64,000 bases of DNA from Eledone cirrhosa (GCA_964016885.1 OZ024762.1:14384001-14448000), one strand, 5' to 3'. Positions 29,152 to 46,768 are shown, counted from the stretch's first letter. The notes: a model not told the origin generated them from the sequence alone. Translations and numbers: made by a program.

Positions 29152-32100
29152 AGGCTCTGGTCCACACTTATTGTCTCTCCTCCTTCTGCACATTATACCT
29201 CTACTACAATGGTCTCTGCTCCTCCACAGCCCTTAAATATGCTGTTCCCTCTCTACCTCTACTGCAATGGTCTCTGCTCCTCCCCAACCCCTAAATATGC
29301 TATTCCCTTTCTTCCTAGTCTACCTCTACTACACTGGTTCCTGCTCCTCACTAGCACTCCCCAGCCCCTAAATATGCCGTTCCCTCTGCCTATTCTATCT
29401 CTACTACTATAGTCCCTGCTCCTCAGAGGTTGCTGGTCTCCACTGAAACACTCATCAGTTATGTTGAAAGCCTCTGGTCTATATAGTCACTACATTGAAG
29501 ACATCCCACTCTGTTTTCTTCAAACCCACCATAACTTAATTCCTCTGCTGCTGTAGCTGAAACAATGGTTAGGTTTTTCACTCACCATGGATAGCTTTCC
29601 ATCCTGTTCTAAGTTAGCCTTACCAGTGTCCATGGAGTCCATTGCTCTACCAATCTTCCTCCTTCACAAGACAATCACCTTATGTGTTGCCTTCTGTTAT
29701 TTTTCCCCTTTCAAAAAAACCTACAACCATAAGAAACTCCTCGTCCACAGTTCCTGAGAAAGTTTCGGGATAAAAGAACTGGTGTAAACCTCCTTTGAGA
29801 TGTAACCTTGTAGGAGGTCAGTGTATATATATATATAGAGAGAGAGAGCAGGTAAAGTTCCCGAGATCCATGGACGAGTTCTCTCCAGGGGTCTCTGTTC
29901 TCCATCATCGTCCCATCTCTCCCAGAGACCAGTGTTTGTCCCTAGGCCATCAACATATATGTTGACAGAGTGTAGAGAGAGCGATGGACAGGTGTAAGTG
30001 TAAAGAGAGCTGGATGATGATCAACGAGATTACAGGAAGGAAGAGAGGGAGTCTGAGTTAGATCTGGGGGTCAGAAGAAGCTGGACCATTTTAAGACCCT
30101 ACTAGGAGAGCCACCTTCGACAGCCCAGAATACCAGAGAGATCAGACAGCTGTTTGAGGAACTGGATATTGAGACAAGACCTTCGCCAGCGAGGGGCTTC
30201 AGAGAACCAAGAAGATCAAGACCCATGGAGAAGATGGAGAGGCATCAAAAGTGATGAAGAGATGTGATTTTGATGATATCATCCTGGAGTTCTGTAACCA
30301 GGCACTGGAGAAAGTTGCCCTTGATCACTAACATCATCTCAGTACCAAAGAAGGGAGATCTCTCTAACATGAACAACTACAGGGGAATCTCATTGATGTC
30401 ACTTGTGGCAAAGACCCTTAACAGAATCCAGCCCGAGATGTATATATATATATATATGTGTGTGTGTGTATATATATGTATATTATAAGAATTTTCTGTA
30501 CTATGGCCATATATTGTTATCTTTATTTAAGTGTTGTTTGCACCACCTTAATTCATAAACTTTGGTGTAAGCAGGATGAAGCACTCTATGTATCCAACAG
30601 TAGTATTGGATTGCTTATAACACATTGAAGTATCAGTGTATATATATAGTTTGTTTTTTTTGTTCCTTTCATTTCATAAAACCAAATACCTAGTTAGCTA
30701 CAACTACACTGTACTAAACACACTATATATATACTATGTATGATGATGTCCAAGGATGATTCTAGTTAGCATTAGTTACATTCTAGAAATATCCCACATT
30801 GTTCAATGCACACTCTGAAGGTTTCCTTTTGTCTTCCTCACATGAAACAGAACTATCAGAGTCATTCCTTTTCACCGATGAATCACGAACATCATAAAGT
30901 TGTACATGAGTTGGCAGTGAATTTTGGTTGCTCCACCAAGTCCTATGATAATGAACCTAACCACAATATCTCGCAGTTCTAGCATCACTCCTTCAAAGTC
31001 AGCCTATGAGCTTTTCAGCTGATTCTCGTTTGTAGAGAAGAATGTTTATATAAATGTAGCTTTGTGTGTCTGTCTAGAGAAGATTTAGTTGTGTTTATTT
31101 GACAAGGTAAGTATTTATATATAACTGTATCTATGTGTAAGTCTAGAGTAGGTTTAATTTCTTAGAAGAGGTATATATAAATGTAGCTTTATATGTTATG
31201 TGTGTGTAGATAGAAGATGTTTTGTTTATTAGACAAAGTAAGTATGTACATATGAATGTAACAGAATGCCTTCAGTTCTCTGAATTCAAATCCTGCTGAG
31301 GTCAACTTTGCCTTTCACCCATTTGAGGTTGATAAAACAAAATACCAGTCTAGTATTGAGGTTGATTCTTCTGTTTCTCTGGAAGAAATCTGCTGTATTC
31401 AGACCTGGAGAGGAGATGGGTCTGCCAGTTTTTAAAAAGTGCCCTAGAAATACTGTATCTCGATGTGTGGCCTGTATGACTCCCTTAGGAGTTACAGGTC
31501 CATGCATACATGTAACTCTCACAGTTTGGAAGTTCTGCATTCATCACATTGCTCCAGTACTCACAGCTGAGGAGTTAGTCCTGTGGTAGACCAGCGTACT
31601 ATCCAGGGAGAGTCTTGTACTCTCAGACACTTAACACCAAGCAAACTGGTCATAAGCTGAGAACAGTCTTTATATATTATAGTAAATTTTGGTCTAATCA
31701 CATATCAATGAAGGAAATCATGGTCTTAAGATGCTTATTACCAAAATAGATAATTAGTGATTGATACTAATTACTAAGATCGATGGTTTGCATTTTTTAT
31801 TTTCTGTATTAACATAAACATTACTATCTTGAAGCAAATATACTTATTGTTCTGTATATATATGTATTAAATACTAGTAGTTTAAACTTGTTACATATAG
31901 ACACGGGATGGAAGTGAGGTAACACGGTCGTGAAAAAGTAATTTCTTTCTGAAAATATTTCGGAGACGAAGTATAATATTGATAATAATTCGGTAGAGAT
32001 CTCAACTCTCACCATACGAAATATATTCAGAAAGAGATATTTCCCCACGCCCTCAGTTATCTCGTCTTCATTCCGTTTCTATATATATTTTATTTAAATA

Positions 32101-33589
32101 AATAAAATTCTACCTATAAGTATGACTAATTTACTTAGTAGAATTGTGCTCTTGCGTGGCGCTGCACGTAACCTTTCAGGCTTCGCTGTCGTACTTCGGT
32201 ATGGCATGGTCATTCTATGTGTCTGAAGATCGAACCGCTGCGGGGCCAGCCCGGCTTTATGCTGGCCTGCGTCCCCACCTCGCATTGAGTTTTATTAAAA
32301 AATTCGCTGAGAGTTATCCCCCTTCGTTTGAATTACTTGCCCCTGATTGGAACTCTTCTCGTTTGTTGTCATTTTTCTTTATTGAATTGAACTGTTAACA
32401 TCGTTTGCATTTACTCGTGTAATTTGATAGAATCAGTCTGGATATTATACTAATGATGAGGGGTATGTAATGTTTTATTTGCCGTATATACACTCACAGA
32501 CATACATTATTTTATATGCCTTTCATCCTTATGGGGTCGATAAAATAAAGTACCAGTAATACACTGGATAATTGCTGGTTTTGTGTCAAAAGTAGAAACA
32601 ATTATTCTATATACAGAAAGATTTTAGAGACGTACATATTGTTTTATTTAAACCTAAATACACAGACAAAACTAGATTTATATATATATAAATGTTCTTT
32701 AGCTGAGGTAAAATACCCTCTAATTTACCTATACGATCGCTTTATTTGCCATGTATATTTTAATTTATTGCTAAACACTCGAAAATACAGTCTTAGATAT
32801 ATATTAACATTCTTTAGTGTATGCATTCACCTCTCTAATCCATACACTGGAAGAAACGTTTTCTATCTAGATATATATACACATATAAAGCTACATTTAT
32901 ATATACACCTTCATTCTTCTAAAGAGGTATGCAATGTTTTAGTTGTCCCTTAAATTCATCGATAAACACGTAGTTATTCCTGAGACACAAGAATATATTT
33001 TACTACCCTTTATATACAGGAGGAATGTTAGAGACGTATATGTATAATATAACCGTCTTTTTACTAAGAATAATAACTAAAACCCCTTCATACTTAGGAA
33101 AACTAAACATTCTATCTACATACACCGGCTTCTGTCTTATTCATAGTGGTACATTGTTAGAAGTAACTAACTAAGCCTTCTCTCGACACTATCATTGCAT
33201 ATTTTAAGATCCACTTCTTTATATACTATATTTAGGTTTAATCAATACATATATTGATGATTGGAATCATGGTCTTAAGATTACCCAAATCGATACTAAC
33301 TATTACAAATACAGAGCTGTCTAAGGCTATGTTACCTACATATTAATTGTTTTGAAAAGATGCATCAGTCTTCTCCTCTTTGGAGCAGAAACGTGGCCCC
33401 TCACAAAGACGATTGACAGCAGAGCCCTGAGGACCATCTAAAACATCAGATGGGACCACCACAGTGACGCATCAGCCCACAGCCTTACTCTCGTTCAACG
33501 CAGTAGCACCTGGTAGGCTCTACCCATGATGATGCCGGTCTAGTCTAACAAGAATAGATGTACTCGAATATAAGGTGACCCTCCTCCCT

Positions 33590-34300
33590 ATCTTATGTCT
33601 GAGAAGTGTGCAAAAATCCGAAGCTTATTTACGTAGAGTTTAAAGTTGGCGAAAATGGTCAAACTATTGACTCCCTATATAAGTCAACCCGTTTCTACAT
33701 ATCCCGTTATATATGTACAAAATACTAGCAGTTCCTTAATGGCTATATGTCCTGTTATATTTATATAGAGAGAAACTGAAAGAAAGCGAGATAACACTCG
33801 GAATATGTCGTGTTATCTCGCTTTCTTTCCGTTTCTTTTTTTTTTAAAAAGAAAGAAAACTTTAGCTATAAGTATGACTATTTGACTCTGTAGAATTGCG
33901 GCTTGTGCGTGGCGCTGCACGTAGCGTTTCTGGCTTCGCTGTCGTACTTCGGTATGGCTGACCACTCGATCGTGTCTGAAGTTCGAATCGTTGCGGGGGT
34001 CGGCCGGGACCGTTGCAGGCTGGCTTTATGCTGGCCTGCTCTCCCCCTCGCATGAGTTTTTGCTAAAAAATTTGACGAGAGTTATCTCCCTTTGATTTGA
34101 ATTATTTGCCCTTTGTTGTGATTGAACTACTACCGGTTTGTGGAACTCTTCTTCGTTTGTTGACATTTATTTTCAGTGTATAGAAGCGGTAACATCATTC
34201 TATTTACTCTGGGACTATTACTGATATTTGGATATTACGTTCGTGTAAAGAGGTATGTAAAGTCTTATTTGCCGTATATACACACTCACAGATATTATTG
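33590..34300. repeat. GC-rich module type A, right-arm inverted copy
   Basis: Reverse complement of 12860-13545. Confidence 0.85.
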
Positions 34301-35976
34301 AGACACAAAAGTACACTTCACTATCATCTCAAAGAAACCGCCTGTCGTTAGAAATATACATAACTTGTAATGTCTTTTAAATTTAGAATAAACACTCACA
34401 TATAGCTACATTTATATACACAAACACTCTTCCTATTTAAACGTATATATTTTGAGAATCATAACTAAATATATACGCAGCTACCTCTTCTAACTAAACA
34501 TACATGTTACCCTCCTTTATTATGAAACAAAACTAAACATGATCTGTATACACACACAGCTACCTCTTCCAACATGTTACTTTACTTTATTATGAGACAA
34601 CTAAATCCTCTCTCGATACATACTTGTAAGGAAATATAACCAAGCTTCCTCTCTATACACGTTTTATTATCTTCTTTATATAAACCTTATACCATCGTTT
34701 ATATCTGAATACACACTGACAGATATTCTATATACAAGAAGACACTTTTTCACGTAAATACATAAACACTTCAGGCATATTTATTCTAAATATTCACCAT
34801 GTAGAGGAAGAATCTTAGGGACATACGTACACATGAAGCTATATTCATATATAAACGGTCTCCCTTTTATCTCAACAGATACTCACGAGGCGCAATATAC
34901 AATCTTGTTTATACTGGAATAATAGACACGAAACTAAACATATGTATACAGAAGCTAAACCATACAGCTATATTTTATATCTAACGAAGCATGGTAGCTC
35001 CATTCCTCTGCCGTAAAACTCCTTACTTCTAGCATCATGATAGCTACATCATCCATATATAAACGTTCTTCAGTAGATACAAAACTAAACCTTTATATAT
35101 ACACAACTAACCTATTTTTTATTCCTAAGAAAGAAGCACCAGACCTGGAGACAACTACATCCCTATTTCAAGAAGAAAGGTAAATAAATTGTGAAATAAA
35201 AGAATAAACCAGTCTTTTTCTTTGTTGCTTTATTATTTATTCCCTGTATGTACACACACACACTAGACATATAACTATATACACCTCTTCCACTGTAGGA
35301 AGACAAAAACCTTTCGTCACTATTAACTAGTTTCATATTATAAAAATAAATCCCCTCTATACAGGAGAAATGTTATTACCTAGATAAACAAGCCATCTCC
35401 ATCTATGTAGACACTTCTGTATATAAGTAACTGTATTCTATAGAATATATCTAAACCTACATTGTGTGTGTCTCCTTATACTATACACGTGTATGTAGAA
35501 ACCTGGAAGTGAACATCATACATATATAAGATAAGAGGTTGTGATCTGTACATACATCCTCGCTAGATACTACACATACGTCTCTTAGGAAACTACTACT
35601 ATTGTTCTTCTAGTTGTGTATAAGCATCTCACAGTAGAACGTGTACATGCTTCCTAAGAAGCAAGAGAGCTAACTGTATAAATAGAAAGAAACCTAATGT
35701 TCTATACATACACACATAGCTTACTATAATATACCCCCATTATATATAGAAGTTGTGTTCAATATAGTACAGTATGTAGAACCATATGTTCACAGTTACC
35801 CTGTTCTCCTCTAGACAGGCATACTCACCATATAAACACTTTCGTGTATATAAAGAATATCTTCATTGTAGATTTAGAAATTACACTACACAGGTATATA
35901 GATATAAACCTACATACATTAATACCCTTATATCTCTAGAGTACTGTATTATATAAATATAGTTAAGGAGTTAAAC

Positions 35977-38900
35977 ATGTATATATATATATACGTATGT
36001 ATATATACATACATATGTATGTATATACATATGTATATATATACATACGTATGTATATATATACATATGTATGTATATATACATACGTATGTATACATAC
36101 ATTACATATGTATATATATACATATGTATATATACGTATGTATATATACATATGTATGTATACATATGTATGTATGTATATATACATACGTATGTATATA
36201 TACATACACGTATGTATAAATACATATGTTTGTATATATGTATGTTTATGCATACATATGTATATATACATACATACATATACAGATGTATGTATACATA
36301 CATATGTATATACATACGTATGTATATATACATACATATGTATGTATATATACATACATAAGGATGTATGTATACATACATATGTATATATATATACATA
36401 TGGATGTATATATACATACATACATAAGTATGTATATATATATATACATGTATGTATATATACATAAATACATGTGTATGTATATATACATACATATACA
36501 TGTATGTATATATATATACATATGTATATACACACACATGCATGTATACGTACATGTGTATGTATATATACATACGTATATATATATACATACGCATGTA
36601 TATATATACATACGTATGTATATATACACATACGTATGTATATATATACATACGTATGTATATATATACATACGTATGTGTATATATACATACACATGTA
36701 TGTATATATACATATGTATGTATACATACGTATGTATGTATACATACGTATGTATATATACAGACGTATATATACATACGTATGTATGCATATATACATA
36801 CATATGTATGTATATATACATACATATGTATGTATATATACATACGTATGTATACATACATATGTATGTATATATACATATGTATACATACGTATGTATA
36901 TATATACATACATAAGTATATATATATACATACATGTGTGTGTGTATATACATATGTATATACACACATATGCATGTATACATACATGTATGTATATATA
37001 TCCGTATGTATGTATACATACATGTGTATGTATAAATACATGTGTATGTATATATATACATGCATATACGTATATATACATATGTATATATATACATATG
37101 TATGTATATACACACATATGCATGTATACATACATGTGTATGTATACATACATACGTATGTATATATATACATACGCATGTATATATACAGTTGTATGTA
37201 TATATACATACAAATGCATGTATATATACATACATACATATGTATATACATACATATGTATATATATACATACATATGTATATATATACATACGTATGTA
37301 TATATACATATGTATGTATATATACATACATATGTATGCATATATACATACGTATGTATGTACATATACATACATAAGTATGTATACATACGCATGTATA
37401 TATATACGTACGTATGTATATATACATATGCATATATACATACGTATACATACATATGTATGTATACATACATATGTATGTATATATACATATGGATGTA
37501 TATATACATACATATGTATATATATATATACATGTATGTATATATACATGTGTATGTATATATACATGCATATACGTATGTATATATATATACATATGTA
37601 TATACACACACATGCATGTATACGTACATGTGTATGTATATATACATACGTATGTATATATATACATACGCATGTATATATATACATACGCATGTATATA
37701 TATACATACGCATGTATATATATACATACGTATGTGTATATATACATACACATGTATGTATATATACATATGTATGTATACATACATACGTATGTATACA
37801 TACGTATGTATGCATATATACATACATATGTATGTATATATACATATGTATACATACGTATGTATATATATATATACATACATAAGTATATATATATACA
37901 TACATGTGTGTGTGTATATACATATGTATATATATATACATACATATGCATGTATACATACATGTGTATATACATACATTATGTATGTATACATACATGT
38001 GTATGTATAAATACATGTGTATGTATATATACATACATATGTATGTATATATATACATGCATATACGTATATATACATATGTATATATATACATATGTAT
38101 GTATATACACACATATGCATGTATACATACATGTGTATGTATACATACATACGTATGTATATATATACATACGCATGTATATATACAGTTGTATGTATAT
38201 ATACATACATATGTATATATATACATATGCATGTATATATATATACATACATATGTATATACATACATATGTATATATATACATACATATGTATATATAT
38301 ACATACGTATGTATATATACATATGTATGCATATATACATACGTATGTATGTACATATACATACATAAGTATGTATACATACGTATGTATATATATACAT
38401 ACGTATGTATATATACATACATATGTATATATATACATATGTATATATATACATACGTATGTATATATACATATGTATGTATACATACATATGTATATAT
38501 ACATATGTATGCATATATACATACGTATGTATGTACATATACATACATAAGTATGTATACATACGTATGTATATATATATACGTACGTATGTATATATAC
38601 ATACATATGCATATATACATACGTATGTATACATACATATGTATGTATACATACATATGTATATATATATACATACATATGTATATACATGTATGTATAT
38701 ATACATATGTATGTATATATATACATGCATATACGTATGTATATATATATATACATATGTATATACACAGACATGCATGTATACATACATGCGTATGTAT
38801 ATATACATACGTATGTATATATATATACATACGTATGTATATATATACATACGCATGTATATATATACATACGTATGTATATATACGTATGTATATATAT

Positions 38901-40953
38901 ACATACGTATGTGTATATATACATACGTATGTGTATATATACATACACATGTATGTATGTATATATACATATGTATGTATACATACGTATGTATATATAC
39001 AAACGTATATATACATACGTATGTATGCATATATACATACATATGTATGTATATATACATACGTATGTATACATACATATGTATGTATATATATGTATAC
39101 GTATGTATATATATATATACATACATAAGTATATATATATACATACATGTGTGTGTGTATATACATATGTATATATATATACATATTTATATACACACAT
39201 ATGCATGTATACATACATGTATATACACATACGTATGTATATACATACATTATGTATGTATATATATCCGTATGTATGTATACATACGTGTGTATGTATA
39301 AATACATGTGTATGTATATATACATACATATGTATGTATATATATACATGCATATACGTATATATATATACATATGTATGTATATACACACATATGCATG
39401 TATACATACATACGTATGTATATATACAGTTGTATGTATATATACATACATATGTATATATATACATATGCATGTATATATATACATACGTATGTATATA
39501 TACATATGTATGTATATATACATACATATGTATATATACATATGTATGCATATATACATACGTATGTATGTACATACATAAGTATGTATACATACGTATG
39601 TATATATATACGTACGTATGTATATATACATACATATGTATATATATACATACATATGTATACATATACATACGTATGTATATATACATATGTATGTATA
39701 TATACATATGTATGTATATATACATATGTATGTATATATACATACGTACGTATGTATATATACATACATATGTATGTATACATACATATGTATGTATACA
39801 TACGTATGTATGTATACATACGTATGTATATATACATACGTATGTATATATACATACATATGTATATACATACATATGTATATATATATACATACATACG
39901 TATGTATATATATACATACATAAGTATATATATGCATGTATACATACATGTGTATATATATACGTATGTATACATACATGTGTATGTGTATATACGTATG
40001 TATACATACTATATATATACATACATATGTATGTATATATACATACACATGTATGTATACATACATACGGATGTATGTATACATACATGTATATATATAT
40101 ACATATGTATGTATATACATGTATGTATATACACATACGTATGTGTGTATATATACATACATATGTATATATATACATACATAAGGATGTATATATACAT
40201 ACATATGTATGTATATACACATACATATATGTGTATATACATACATATGCATATCCGTATGTATACATACTATATATATATATACATACATATGTATGTA
40301 TATATACATATGTATATATATACATACGTATGTATAGACATACATATGTATGTATGTATATATATATACATATGTATGTATACATACATGTGTATGTATA
40401 TATACATATGTATGTATATATATACATACGCATGTATATATATACATATGTATGTATATATACATCCTTATGTATGTATATATACATATGTATATATATA
40501 TACATACGTATGTATATATACATACATATGTATGTATATATGCATACATATGTATGTATATATGCATACATACGTATGTAATATACATATGTATATGTAC
40601 ATACATATGTATGTATATATACACACATATGTATGTATACATACATATGTATGTATATATACATACGTATGTATATATACATACATATGTATATATATAT
40701 ACATATGATTTACATATACGTATGTATATATACATACATATGTATATATACATATGATCTACATATACATACGTATGTATATATACATACATATGTATAT
40801 ATATACATATGTATGTATATATACATACATATGTATGTATATATATACATATGTATGTATATATACATATGTATATATATGTATGTATATATATGTATAT
40901 ATACATACATCTGTATGTATGTATACATACATATGTATGTATATATATATACA
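35977..40953. repeat. ~5.0-kb compound microsatellite at the mirror position of 3950-11161
   Basis: Same flanks in reverse complement (TAACTCCTTAACTATATTTA / TAAATATAGTTAAGGAGTTA). Confidence 0.98.
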
Positions 40954-41929
40954 TAAATATAGCTAAGGAGTTAAACTTTCTTCACTAGACAGAGATAAGT
41001 ATGTGTATTCTATAGGATACTATTACTTTAAAACCCTGTGTATATATATATACACTTACTTCTATAAAATCCATACATATTAACACCCTTCTATCTCTAG
41101 GCATATGTATACATACAGAAAGAAATGGCCTCACTAGAATACTGCATTATATATACATATCTTTCATGAAAGATGTTTTGAACTGAATTCATACTTCTAT
41201 TCCTATATACAGAAGGAAATAAACTTACTAGAATACTGTATATATACACATTATAAACGTTTATAATATGAAACTTCTTTATTAATATACTTGCTGGGAT
41301 TACTGTATCATATATACACAGACATTAATTAATCTATTCTATATATATACACTTCTTTCAAGAGGGATGCTTCTCACTAATTACATTAATACTACCTTGT
41401 TCTCCTCTAGAAAGAAAACGTACTCTCTGTATATAAGAAACTGAATTCTCTCGCATGTTAATACCTTTTTATCTCTAGGCATGTGTTTTACTATGAAGTT
41501 TAACAATCCACTAGTTATATACACAGAAGAGTACTGTGTATACACAGCTGTTGATTCCTATATATATACAGTATCTAAATACATATAATATGAATGGAAG
41601 TTAAATGATCTACCTGTGTATATATATATATATAATAAAAAACAATGTTCTATAGAATATACTTACTTATATGTGAAATAAAGATCAATAAATAAACTAC
41701 ATTTTGTTGTTGGAGTTATTTTATTTCTTGAGACGACTGTGTGTATTTACACACTCAATTGAGCTGGCAGAGATCTTCAACATACCTGGAAAGAAACAGA
41801 AGGTATTAATAAAAACAATCCAGATTACACAGCTCTAACACCAATAATTTTCTAGAGGCAAAAATTAAACCCCTTTGTCATGAACAGTTTAGTTTCTTAG
41901 GAGAGTGAGTATAAATACGAAATACATAT

Positions 41930-43450
41930 AAAGAAGCACACATAACTCCAATACATAAAGGGGACAGCAAATCAAAACCAAAGAACTACCGACCAATCTC
42001 ACTGACATCACACATTATCAAGGTCTTCGAAAGAATAGTTCGTGGAAAACTGGTTGAGTTCCTGGAATCCAACAATCTGATGAATTGCAATCAGCATGGA
42101 TTCAGGTTAGGTAGATCATGTCTTTCCCAACTACTGGCACACCATGACCAAATCCTGGAAAATCTAGAGAATGGATACAACACAGATGTTATTTACCTCG
42201 ACTTTGCCAAGGCATTTGACAAGGTAGATCATGGCATCCTGGGACACAAACTTCGAAAGCTAGGAGTAGGAGGAAAAGTTGGTACATGGATCCATGAGTT
42301 CCTTACAAATAGAACTCAAACAGTCACTGTGAATGGAACCCATTCAACACCATCACCTGTGACCAGCAGTGTTCCCCAGGGTACAGTACTCGGCCCGATC
42401 CTGTTTCTCATCCTCATCTCTGACATAGATGAAGATACAACCAGCAACGTCTCATCCTTTGCTGATGACACCAGGGTCATGAGACAAATCAAAGACGAGG
42501 TGGACACAGAGGCCTTACAAAAGGACCTAACCACCATATACAAATGGCAGGAAACAAACAACATGTTGTTCAATGATAAGAAGTTTGAACTAATTCGCTA
42601 CGGAACAGATCAAGATCTGAAAAATACAACAAACTACAGAAACCCATCAGGACAACAAATAATGGAAAAACAGTGTGTGAAAGATTTAGGCATCCACATG
42701 GGAACCAGCCTAAAATTCAGAGAACACCTTGACTCAGTCTGTCTTACTGCAAGAAAGTACAGCGGGTGGATCTTGCGCACCTTCAAATCAAGAGATACCT
42801 CAACAATGAAAACCCCCTGGAACAGTATGATACTTCCGAGGATTGACTAGTTCTCAGTTGTGGTCACCAACAACAAAGGGCCAACTATCTAAGATGGAAT
42901 CGCTCCAAAGAAATTTTACCTCATACTTCTCAGAAACGAGGGACCTGGACTATTGGCAAAGACTCAAAACCTTGAAGATGTACTCAATAGAAAGAAGATT
43001 TGAGCGATACCGAATTATATACATTTGGAAAATGATAGAGCAAAAGGTGCCAAACTTTGGTTTCAAAACCTACCACTCACTGCGCCACGGAAGACGCTGC
43101 CAGCTACCATCAATCAACAAAAGGGCTGGCCAGCCAGCAAAAACCCTGCGAGAGTCAAGTCTGTTGGTTCGAGGGACACAACTATTCAACTCCATTCCGG
43201 TACATGTCAGAAATCTATCAGGATGCAGTGTGGAATCATTCAAATTGCAGCTGGATAGATACTTAAGCACCATTAGAGATGAACCCCATCTCCCAGGATA
43301 TACACAACGAGCACAAACTGACTCAAACTCGCTCCTACACATGTCAAAATTAAACAGAGAATCCAACCTGGCAACCACACCAGACTCTGAGGGTGGAGTC
43401 TTCGACTTGGCCTGAGCATGGACTCAAACTCAAATGAAATGAAATGAAAT
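41930..43450 (+). mobile_element. 5'-truncated CR1-clade LINE ORF2, right-arm copy, frameshift at ~42848
   Basis: ORFs 42080-42850 and 42843-43415; YLDFAKAFDKV, FADD; (GAAAT)n tail. Confidence 0.92.
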
Positions 43451-44064
43451 AGAGCTGTGAAATACAGTTTCTTATATGCCTCTAGATAAGGTATTACTGT
43501 ATATATGGGTTTTTTTTTATTATAGAGAAGGGTAGTAAATATAAGCCTTCTAGATGTTACAGAGGAGCCTCTACATACAAAAAGTAGATTCTTTGCTGTG
43601 TACACACAATATCTAGTAGTAAGTTTCTATATATATAGAAGTGTTATAACTCCCTTGTTATATAAATATTGTACACACGTGTACAATATTTATATAACAA
43701 GGGAGTGTATTCTATAGAATGTCTTCTACATACAAAAAATAGATGCCTTGATAAAATATCCTCGGGAAAAGTAGTAGAGAATAGGGTTTTAACTTTGTCT
43801 TGTGTGTATGTAGATGCTGCATATATATACAATACTGCGAAGTAAGTGTGTTTATGTATAGAGAGATCGTCTGTATTCTATACACTACAGTTTCTTATAT
43901 AGCTGTGTATGATGAGGGTATATACCTTTCTTCTAGGTAAGTATATACAGAGAAGGTGTATATGTAATAGAGATACGATTATAATATAAATATATAGTTG
44001 TTAAAAAGGTATATGAAGTGTGAAAGAGAGAGTGGTGATGCCGAGGTAACTCGACGTAGAAATT

Positions 44065-45033
44065 ACGATGGTATAGTATAAGGTTTATTTATATACAGAA
44101 GATAATAAAATGTGTATAGAGAGAAGGCTTCGTTATATTTACTTACAGATGCTTCATGAGAGAGGAAAGTAACATGTATGTTTAGTTAGAAGAGGTAGCT
44201 ACGTGTATATATTATTTTGTTTGTTTCTCGGAAGGAGGTTTAGTTCTGTGAAGAGTGTTTAGAATAAATTTAAAAGACATGGCAACTAAAACATTACGAG
44301 AATGTATGTATTTTTGTGTCTCAATAATATCTGTGAGTGTGTATATACGGCAAATAAGACTTTACATACCTCTTTACACGAACGTAATATCCAAATATCA
44401 GTAATAGTCCCAGAGTAAATAGAATAATGTTACAGCTTCAATACACTGAAAATAAATGTCAACAAACGAAGAAGAGTTCCACAAACCGGAAGTAGTTCAA
44501 TCTCAACAAGGGGCAAATAATTCAAATCTAGGGGAGATAACTCTCATCAAGTTTTTTGGCAAAAACTCATGCGAGGGGGAGAGCAGGCCAGCATAAAGCC
44601 AGCCTGCAACGGTCCCGGCCGACCCCCGCAACGATTCGAACTTCAGACACGATCGAGTGGTCAGCCATACCGAAGTACGACAGCGAAGCCAGAAACGCTA
44701 CGTGCAGCGCCACGCACAAGCCGCAATTCTACAGAGTCAAATAGTCATACTTATAGCTAAAGTTTTCTTTCTTTTTTAATAAAAAAAAGAAACGGAAAGA
44801 AAGCGAGATAACACGACATATTCCGAGTGTTATCTCGCTTTCTTTCCGTTTCTCTCTATATAAATATAACAGGATATATAGCGATTAAGGAACTGCTAGT
44901 ATTTTGTACATATATAATGGGATATGTAGAAACGGGTTGACTTATATAGGGAGTCAATAGTTTGACCATTTTCGCCAACTTCAAATTCTACGTAAATAAT
45001 ATTTGGATTTTTGCCCATTTCTCAGACATAAGA
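44065..45033. repeat. Third copy of the 12458-13543 segment, outside the visible palindrome
   Basis: Direct repeat of the left arm; ORF 44569-44760 translates identically to 33862-34053; perfect 27-bp-stem hairpin at 44788-44853. Confidence 0.88.
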
Positions 45034-45034
45034 T

Positions 45035-46726
45035 ATATATGTATGTCTATGTATGTGTATGTATATATATGTATGTATATATATATGAAAAACAAGGGGA
45101 GAAGAATACTGCATGGTTGCACAGGGATTACATATTATAAGATTAGTCCCTCATCAGTGATTTGCCAACCATCATTGGTATTTCATGCATATATGTATAT
45201 ATATACATATATATATGTATATGTCTATGTATATATATATGTGTATATATATGTATATGTATGTATATATATGTGTGTATATATGTATATATATGTATAT
45301 ATGTATATATATGTATATGTATATATGTATATATATGTATATATATGTATATCTATGTATATATGTGTATGTGTATATATATGTATATATGTATGTATAT
45401 ATGTATATGTGTGTGTATATATGTATGTAAGTGTATATATGTATATATATGTATATATGTATATATATGTGTCTATATATATATTTATATATATAGATAT
45501 GTGTGTGTGTATGTATATGTATATATATGTATGTATATATGTGTATATATATGTATATGTACATGTATATATACATATATATATGTATATATATACAGTA
45601 TCTAAATACATATAATATGAATGGAAGTTAAAGGATCTACCTGTGTATATATATAATAAAAAACAATGTTCTATAGAATATAATTACCATGTATATGTAT
45701 ATATATGTATATATATGTGTATATATATGTAAATATATATGTGTATATATATGTATATATATATGCATATATAAATGTATATATGTATATATATGTGTAT
45801 ATATATGTAAATATATATGTGTATATATGTATATAGATATATATATGTATATATATATGTATATATAAGTATATATATATGTATATAGATATATGTATAT
45901 ATATGTATATATATGTATATATATGTATATATATGTATATATAAGTATATATATGTATATAGATATATGTATATATATGTATATATATGTATATATATGT
46001 ATATATGTATATATGTACATATATATGTATATATATACGTATATATATATACATATATATACATATATACATATATATATATACATACATATATATATAC
46101 ATATATATACATATATCTACATATATATACATACATACATATATATATACATATATCTACATATATATACATACATACATATATATATACATATATATAC
46201 ATATATCTACATATATATATATATATATACATATATAAATATATACATATATATATACATATATATATATACATATATATATACATATATCTACATATAT
46301 ATATATACATATATATATATATACATATATATATGTATATATGTAGATATATGTATATACGTATATATATACGTATATATATATGTATATATATACGTAT
46401 ATATATATGTATATATATACATATATATGTATATATATACATATATATATATGTATATATATACATATATATATATGTATATATATACATATATATATAG
46501 ATATATATATATACATATATATATAGATATATATATACATATATATATAGATATATATATACATATATATATACATATATATATACATATATATATACAT
46601 ATATATACATATATATACATATATATACATATATATACATATATATATACGTATATATATATACACATATATATCTATACATATATATATACACATATAT
46701 ATCTATATACATATATATATATACAC

Positions 46727-46763
<37 letters not shown>

Positions 46764-46768
46764 CATAT
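45035..46768. repeat. Interrupted TA-rich microsatellite
   Basis: Direct reading; unique inserts at ~45087-45190 and ~45595-45688. Confidence 0.95.

Noticed and set aside
34177-34252. Exon-like segment encoding hydrophobic NIILFTLGLLLIFGYY
   Set aside because: The other two copies have an in-frame TGA just upstream and no ATG; not supportable as coding.
45087-45190. Minus-strand CUGAUGA followed by a GGGA..UCCC stem
   Set aside because: No GAAA box or closing stem I; at most a deleted hammerhead remnant.
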